From a virus (lineage: Duplodnaviria; Caudoviricetes), in the IMG/VR virus record IMGVR_UViG_3300005805_000202, positions 1 through 39,014 of that record: a stretch of 39,014 bases of DNA; one strand, given 5' to 3'. The translations under genes were made by a program, and so were the position numbers. Numbering within the stretch: position 1 is the first letter of the stretch; the number at the start of each line of letters is the position of its first letter. Positions 34,081 through 39,014 of this stretch are shown here, piece by piece. The notes under the pieces were generated by a model, which was given only the letters and a program-made list of their open reading frames with translations, had not been told where the DNA came from and did no database searches.

Positions 34081-34774
34081 AAGACTTGCTTTAATTTACT
34101 CTGGACAACCTAGACACCTGAGAGAGTGTTATCAAAACCATAGGTTGAACTTTTATGAGGCCAATCCAGACTGGGAAGTGGATGTCTTTGCTCATGTCTG
34201 GTATGACAAGAGTTGGGTAGGTGCCTATTTCTGGGATCAGTATAAAGATCGTGGTAAGTGGGACGCAGATCTTATTCCTTTCATGGAGGAGAAGTGGGAA
34301 CCAAAGGCTCTAGAGTTTGAGGAACCAAAAGAGTTTATGTGCGAGTGGCAACCAGATCCTAGGTTTCCTCATCCAGTGAATAATATTATCTCTATGTTCT
34401 ATAGTCTTGAAAAGGCTAATGATCTTAAGAAGAAGTATGAAGAGGATAATAACTTTAAGTATGATTGTGTGGTAAGATTGAGAACAGATGAATATTTCTT
34501 TGAAGATATTGGCCCTCTAGATGACTATGACCTCAACACTGTTAATGTATTTGATGAGTATGCTCATTTGGATTACGGGATTAACGATCACTTTGCATTT
34601 GGTTCCTCTGAACTGATGGATAAATATCTCAGTGTTTGCAGCAACCTTGAGACAATCATTGAGGAGGGAGCTGCAATTAATCCAGAAACTTTAATAGGTT
34701 GGAACGCACAGGAACATCATAAACTGCCAATTACAAAGAATAAATTTGGTTATCGCCTTTGGAGGGACATGTGA
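34064..34774 (+). CDS. 'GQPR' family putative glycosyltransferase, paralog 2
   Basis: LALIYSGQPR, DVFAHVW, SMFYS, YDCVVRLRTD, NDHFAFG and PE. Confidence 0.7.
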   Translation: MKTQTKRLALIYSGQPRHLRECYQNHRLNFYEANPDWEVDVFAHVWYDKSWVGAYFWDQYKDRGKWDADLIPFMEEKWEPKALEFEEPKEFMCEWQPDPRFPHPVNNIISMFYSLEKANDLKKKYEEDNNFKYDCVVRLRTDEYFFEDIGPLDDYDLNTVNVFDEYAHLDYGINDHFAFGSSELMDKYLSVCSNLETIIEEGAAINPETLIGWNAQEHHKLPITKNKFGYRLWRDM

Positions 34775-36144
34775 CAAAACTTGTTATTTTTGATCTTGAT
34801 GGTGTATTAATTGATAGTAAAGATTATCACTATGAAGCTCTAAACCAAGCTCTTGGTCCTGAGTATGCCATCTCAAGAGAAGAACATGTAAGTATCTACG
34901 ATGGTCTTCCAACCAAATCTAAACTAGAACTTCTCACTAAGAATAAAGGTCTTCCTGTAGATCAGTACGATACTATCTGGAAGGAGAAACAAGAAGCCAC
35001 TCTCAAGATCTTCAACGACTGTGTTGCGAAGGACTATCAGTTGATGGGATACTTCCAACAACTTGTGGATGCTGGATATAAGATTGCAGTTGCATCTAAT
35101 TCTATTAGGAATACTGTTAAAATTATTTTATTAAGATTAGGAGTATTAGAGTTTGTTGATATGTACGTCTCTAATGAAGACGTGGTTCGCAACAAACCCT
35201 TTCCCGCAATGTATTGGAAGTGCATGATTGCACTTGGAGCTCTTCCTAATGACACTGTTATTATTGAAGATAGTCATATTGGTCGTCAAGGTGCTTTGGA
35301 TAGTAAGTGCCATCTTGTTCCTGTGGATGATCGGAAAGATTTGGATCAATCTAAAATTGATCGTATCAAAAAGATACTCAATGGAACAAAACAAAAAGTT
35401 GCATGGGAGAGTAAAACCATGAATGTTCTCATTCCTATGGCTGGTCGTGGTAGTCGATTTGCCTCTCAGGGTTATACGTTCCCTAAACCTTTGATTGAAG
35501 TCAAAGGTAAACCAATGATCCAGGTTGTAGTTGAGAACCTGAACATCAAAGCCAACTACACATTCATTGTTCAAAAGGAACACTACGAACAATACAATCT
35601 TAACTATCTGTTGCCTCTTATTGCCCCAGGGTGTAATATTGTTCAGGTAGATGGCATTACTGATGGAGCTGCTTGTACCACTCTTCTTGCTAAAGAGTTT
35701 ATCAACAATGATGAACCTTTGATCATGGCTAACTCTGATCAATTCGTAGAGTGGGATAGTAACGAAACTCTCTATGCTTTCCAGAATGATGGTATCGATG
35801 GTGGTATCATCACTTTCCCCGCAACTCATCCTAAGTGGTCTTATGCTAAATTAGGTGAGGATGGATATGTCAATGAGGTTGCTGAGAAGAAACCCATTTC
35901 TGAACATGCAACGGTGGGTATCTATTACTGGAAAAAAGGTTCTGATTACGTTAAGTACGCAGAACAAATGATTGACAAAGATATTCGTGTGAACAATGAA
36001 TTCTATGTCTGTCCAGTCTTTAATGAAGCCATCGGTGATGGCAAGAAAATCCGTATTAAAGAGATTGATAAGGATGGTATGTGGGGTATTGGTACTCCAG
36101 AAGATCTCAACTATTTCCTAGAACATTATAAAGGTGACGTTTGA
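34771..36144 (+). CDS. HAD phosphatase fused to a C-terminal nucleotidyltransferase
   Basis: FDLDGVL, ASNS, KP.P and EDS, then IPMAGRGSRF...PKPLI, NSDQ, AEK, EFYVCP and GTPEDL. Confidence 0.88.
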   Translation: MTKLVIFDLDGVLIDSKDYHYEALNQALGPEYAISREEHVSIYDGLPTKSKLELLTKNKGLPVDQYDTIWKEKQEATLKIFNDCVAKDYQLMGYFQQLVDAGYKIAVASNSIRNTVKIILLRLGVLEFVDMYVSNEDVVRNKPFPAMYWKCMIALGALPNDTVIIEDSHIGRQGALDSKCHLVPVDDRKDLDQSKIDRIKKILNGTKQKVAWESKTMNVLIPMAGRGSRFASQGYTFPKPLIEVKGKPMIQVVVENLNIKANYTFIVQKEHYEQYNLNYLLPLIAPGCNIVQVDGITDGAACTTLLAKEFINNDEPLIMANSDQFVEWDSNETLYAFQNDGIDGGIITFPATHPKWSYAKLGEDGYVNEVAEKKPISEHATVGIYYWKKGSDYVKYAEQMIDKDIRVNNEFYVCPVFNEAIGDGKKIRIKEIDKDGMWGIGTPEDLNYFLEHYKGDV

Positions 36145-36926
36145 TGAAAGTCGCTCTTCTGTTTCATGGTCAACCACGATATTTAAAAAATCCTTTTCCA
36201 CTGAAATCTCATACTAGAGAAATCCTCAATAAGTATGAGACTGATGTTTATGTTCATACTTGGTTTGATGAAGAACAAACTGAGTATGAATTTTCTACGT
36301 GGAGTAGGATTTCATCTTGCCCCATTGAACCAAACTCTCCTCAATTAATTGAAGAGTTTTATAACCCAAAGGTGATGAAGGTTGAAAAACCTCAAAAGTT
36401 TGCCTTCTCTGAAAGATCTAGAAAACTCATTAACAGTAGAGGTTTTTCACCAGAAGACGGTTGGAATGATCAAAACTATAACAACATTCTTTCTTCTCTT
36501 TATAGTATTGAGAGTGTCTGCAATCTGGTAGATCCATATAAAGACGAGTATGACTTTATTATTCTTTCCAGACTTGATAATCTAATCTATCGTTTACCTA
36601 ATTTGAATGAATTGAAGAACGATATGTTCTATCTTTCAGATCATCATCCTAGGTTTCCAGATCTTCTGTTTTTCTTTGGACCTAAGTATCTGGATACAAT
36701 GAAGGTATATTCTAACGTAGATAGTTTAGTTGAAAAACATAACCACGAACTTTGGGGCCCTTCTCTCAATGAGCCTCTAAAAATGTTCAACTATCTTCAT
36801 GTTCATGGATCAACCAATGTTGTCCCTACAAGACTTCCTGTTCGTGTTGTAAGAGACAATGAAGGTAGAGGTGACGTTGACAAATTGTTTGAGTATCAGT
36901 TAACACTTGAGGAAATGTTTGGATGA
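36144..36926 (+). CDS. 'GQPR' family putative glycosyltransferase, paralog 3
   Basis: VALLFHGQPR, DVYVHTW, YSIE, YDFIILSRLD and FPDL. Confidence 0.65.
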   Translation: MKVALLFHGQPRYLKNPFPLKSHTREILNKYETDVYVHTWFDEEQTEYEFSTWSRISSCPIEPNSPQLIEEFYNPKVMKVEKPQKFAFSERSRKLINSRGFSPEDGWNDQNYNNILSSLYSIESVCNLVDPYKDEYDFIILSRLDNLIYRLPNLNELKNDMFYLSDHHPRFPDLLFFFGPKYLDTMKVYSNVDSLVEKHNHELWGPSLNEPLKMFNYLHVHGSTNVVPTRLPVRVVRDNEGRGDVDKLFEYQLTLEEMFG

Positions 36927-37381
36927 AATTGATTGCCCATAGGGCCAATTTAAATGGTCCAGATCTATCAACAGAGAATAGTCCACAACAGATTGTTGAG
37001 TGTATTGAACGTGGATATGATGTAGAAGTTGATGTTCGTTGTGATCCTAAAACAGGTTGGTTGTGGTTGGGTCATGATGAACCACAATATTCTGTAACTT
37101 GGTGGTGGTTGGCTGGTAAATCCGATCATCTTTGGATTCACTGTAAAGATATCACAACTCTTCATGAGTTCTCTACCAAGACCAGTGGATACAATTACTT
37201 CTGGCATCAAGAGGATGATTATACCCTAACTAGTAAACAAAACATTTGGGCCTACCCTGGTAAAACATACACAGAGAATACTGTGATTGTTATGCCAGAG
37301 TGGAATAACATGGACTGGGACATGTTAAAAGCCACCAATTGTTATGGAGTTTGTTCTGATTACGTTTCTAAATTAAAATGA
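36923..37381 (+). CDS. Short glycerophosphodiester phosphodiesterase (GDPD)-like protein
   Basis: IAHRAN...EN...G.DVEVDV...LGHD...WIHCK...GVCSDY. Confidence 0.75.
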   Translation: MKLIAHRANLNGPDLSTENSPQQIVECIERGYDVEVDVRCDPKTGWLWLGHDEPQYSVTWWWLAGKSDHLWIHCKDITTLHEFSTKTSGYNYFWHQEDDYTLTSKQNIWAYPGKTYTENTVIVMPEWNNMDWDMLKATNCYGVCSDYVSKLK

Positions 37382-38331
37382 GAATTGTACTTATTGGCCC
37401 TGGAATTATGCCCATCCCACCTACGGGTTGGGGTGCATGTGAGATCCTAATCTGGGATACAAAACTTGCACTTGAAAAACTGGGCCATAAGGTCCATATT
37501 GTAAACACCAAAGATGCAAGACAGATCATCAACGAAATCAATGAGTTTCGCCCTGATTTTGTTCATGTACACTACGATGAGTTTATCCCCATTGTTCCAT
37601 ATATTCAATATCCAAATGCAATTACAAGTCACTTTGGATATCTAGAACGTCCACAGATGTTCAATGGTTATATCAATGTAGCGAATGAGTTTGTGCGTGT
37701 AAAACCAAATATCTTCTGTCTGTCTAGAGGCATTCAAAAGGTCTATAACGTAATGTTTGATGTTCCAAGAGATAACACGTATGTTACCCCCAATGGAGTG
37801 AACTACAACGAATTCAATTACGTCACAGATCCTGAGTATCCTGAACGTAGTATCTACCTTGCGAAGATCGATTATCGTAAGAGACAACATCTGTTCCAGA
37901 GTATTGATAGTCTCTGGTATGCAGGTAATCTTGCTGATGATAAGTTTAATACTTCTAAGAATTATCTTGGTGAATGGTCTAAAGATAAACTTTATAATGA
38001 ATTGACCGAGTATGGAAACCTAGTTCTTCTGTCAGATGGTGAAGCTCATCCACTTGTTTGTATGGAGGCTTTGGCTTCTGGACTTGGTGTGGTAGTATGT
38101 GAGTGGGGTAAGGCTAACCTTGATACTGAGAAAGAATTCATTACGGTTATTCCAGAAGATAAGATCACTGATATCAACTACGTTGAAGAAGAGATCATTA
38201 AGAACAGAGAATACTCTGTAAAACACCGTGATGAAATCCGTGAGTATGCTAAAAAGTTTGATTGGGTAGAAGTCCTTAAAAAACACTACATTCCTAATGT
38301 TGAGAAGGTGATCGAAAAACATGGATCGTAA
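37378..38331 (+). CDS. GT-B fold (GT4-like) glycosyltransferase
   Basis: IPP.GWGA.E, PNGV, RK.Q and EAHPLVCMEALASG. Confidence 0.82.
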   Translation: MRIVLIGPGIMPIPPTGWGACEILIWDTKLALEKLGHKVHIVNTKDARQIINEINEFRPDFVHVHYDEFIPIVPYIQYPNAITSHFGYLERPQMFNGYINVANEFVRVKPNIFCLSRGIQKVYNVMFDVPRDNTYVTPNGVNYNEFNYVTDPEYPERSIYLAKIDYRKRQHLFQSIDSLWYAGNLADDKFNTSKNYLGEWSKDKLYNELTEYGNLVLLSDGEAHPLVCMEALASGLGVVVCEWGKANLDTEKEFITVIPEDKITDINYVEEEIIKNREYSVKHRDEIREYAKKFDWVEVLKKHYIPNVEKVIEKHGS

Positions 38332-39014
38332 TAAGTCTGCATACAAACTCAAGGACTTTGGTCCTCTTTACATCATCAATCTGGATGAACAACCAGAACG
38401 ATGGGAGTGGATGGAGGATCAACTTACCTATTGGCAAGTTGAAAACTATGAACGCATTTCTGCCTTTGATGGTAGAGTGAATGACCTATCGGAGATTATC
38501 TCTGGTAGGTATCCTAACGCCGTCTCTTCTGGAGAGATTGGATGTGTGACATCTCATCTCAAAGCCATCAAACATTGGTATGAAACAACGGACGCACCTT
38601 ATGGTGTGTTCATGGAAGATGACTGCGACTTCTGTGCTGTAAAACATTGGCCTTTCTCTTGGAGGGAATTCATGTCCCGTGTTCCATATGATTGGGATTG
38701 TTTACAGATTGCAGTTATCAATCCAAGAAAATTAGTTGCCAACATTCATCCTCGATATGTGGATGATTACTCTACTGCCTGCTTTGTAATCAATCGTAGG
38801 TACGCAGAAAAATTGATGCATTTCCATTGTCGTGGCGAAAAGTTTAAGTTGGACAATGGTGTGCGCCCTCGTGCCGTTGCAGATGACCTTATTTACAATG
38901 CAGGAAAAACATACGCCATACCCCTATTCCTTTATAAACTGGAACTTGGTTCAACTATCCATCCAGAACATATTGATGTTTTCCATAAGTCTAGCCGTGA
39001 AGGACTAGATCACT
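38321..39014 (+). CDS. GT25-like glycosyltransferase, 3'-truncated (not in ORF track)
   Basis: MDRNKSAYKL...YIINLD...R...RISAFDG...GEIGCVTSHLKAI...MEDD. Open to the window end. Confidence 0.85.
   Translation, partial: MDRNKSAYKLKDFGPLYIINLDEQPERWEWMEDQLTYWQVENYERISAFDGRVNDLSEIISGRYPNAVSSGEIGCVTSHLKAIKHWYETTDAPYGVFMEDDCDFCAVKHWPFSWREFMSRVPYDWDCLQIAVINPRKLVANIHPRYVDDYSTACFVINRRYAEKLMHFHCRGEKFKLDNGVRPRAVADDLIYNAGKTYAIPLFLYKLELGSTIHPEHIDVFHKSSREGLDH

Noticed and set aside
35146-35829. 227-aa minus-strand ORF
   Set aside because: Lies entirely antisense to the HAD-NTase gene and is explained by codon bias.

Overview
This window comes from a T4-like myovirus, almost certainly a cyanophage, and every supported gene lies on the + strand. 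The first part is the T4 replication core: gp62 clamp-loader subunit, regA, hsp20, gp43 polymerase, uvsX, gp41 helicase, mazG, gp61 primase and nrdA/nrdB. Accessory genes are inserted among these: a flavin halogenase-like gene, two 2OG-Fe(II) oxygenases and a thioredoxin. At 11.4-17 kb there is a poorly understood block made of a PD-(D/E)XK-like nuclease, a KxDG ligase-like protein, a cytidyltransferase-like protein and a 700-aa repeat-punctuated putative polyprotein. A tRNA region (Arg-TCT, Asn-GTT, Val-TAC, Ser-TGA, Ile-TAT) also holds dps, a third 2OG-Fe(II) oxygenase and small ORFs. From 27.9 kb to the window end is a translationally coupled operon of at least 13 glycan-synthesis genes: a GDP-mannose 3,5-epimerase-like enzyme, GT11, GT6, a kinase, two NTP-transferase/HAD fusions in opposite domain order, three paralogous 'GQPR' proteins, a GDPD-like protein, GT4 and GT25. 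Non-coding signals include sigma70 and T4-late promoters, terminators, a candidate sRNA after regA, a ROSE-like thermometer before hsp20, late-promoter/hairpin switches and a wcaG-like RNA element. All calls rest on motif recognition by eye; no searches were run.
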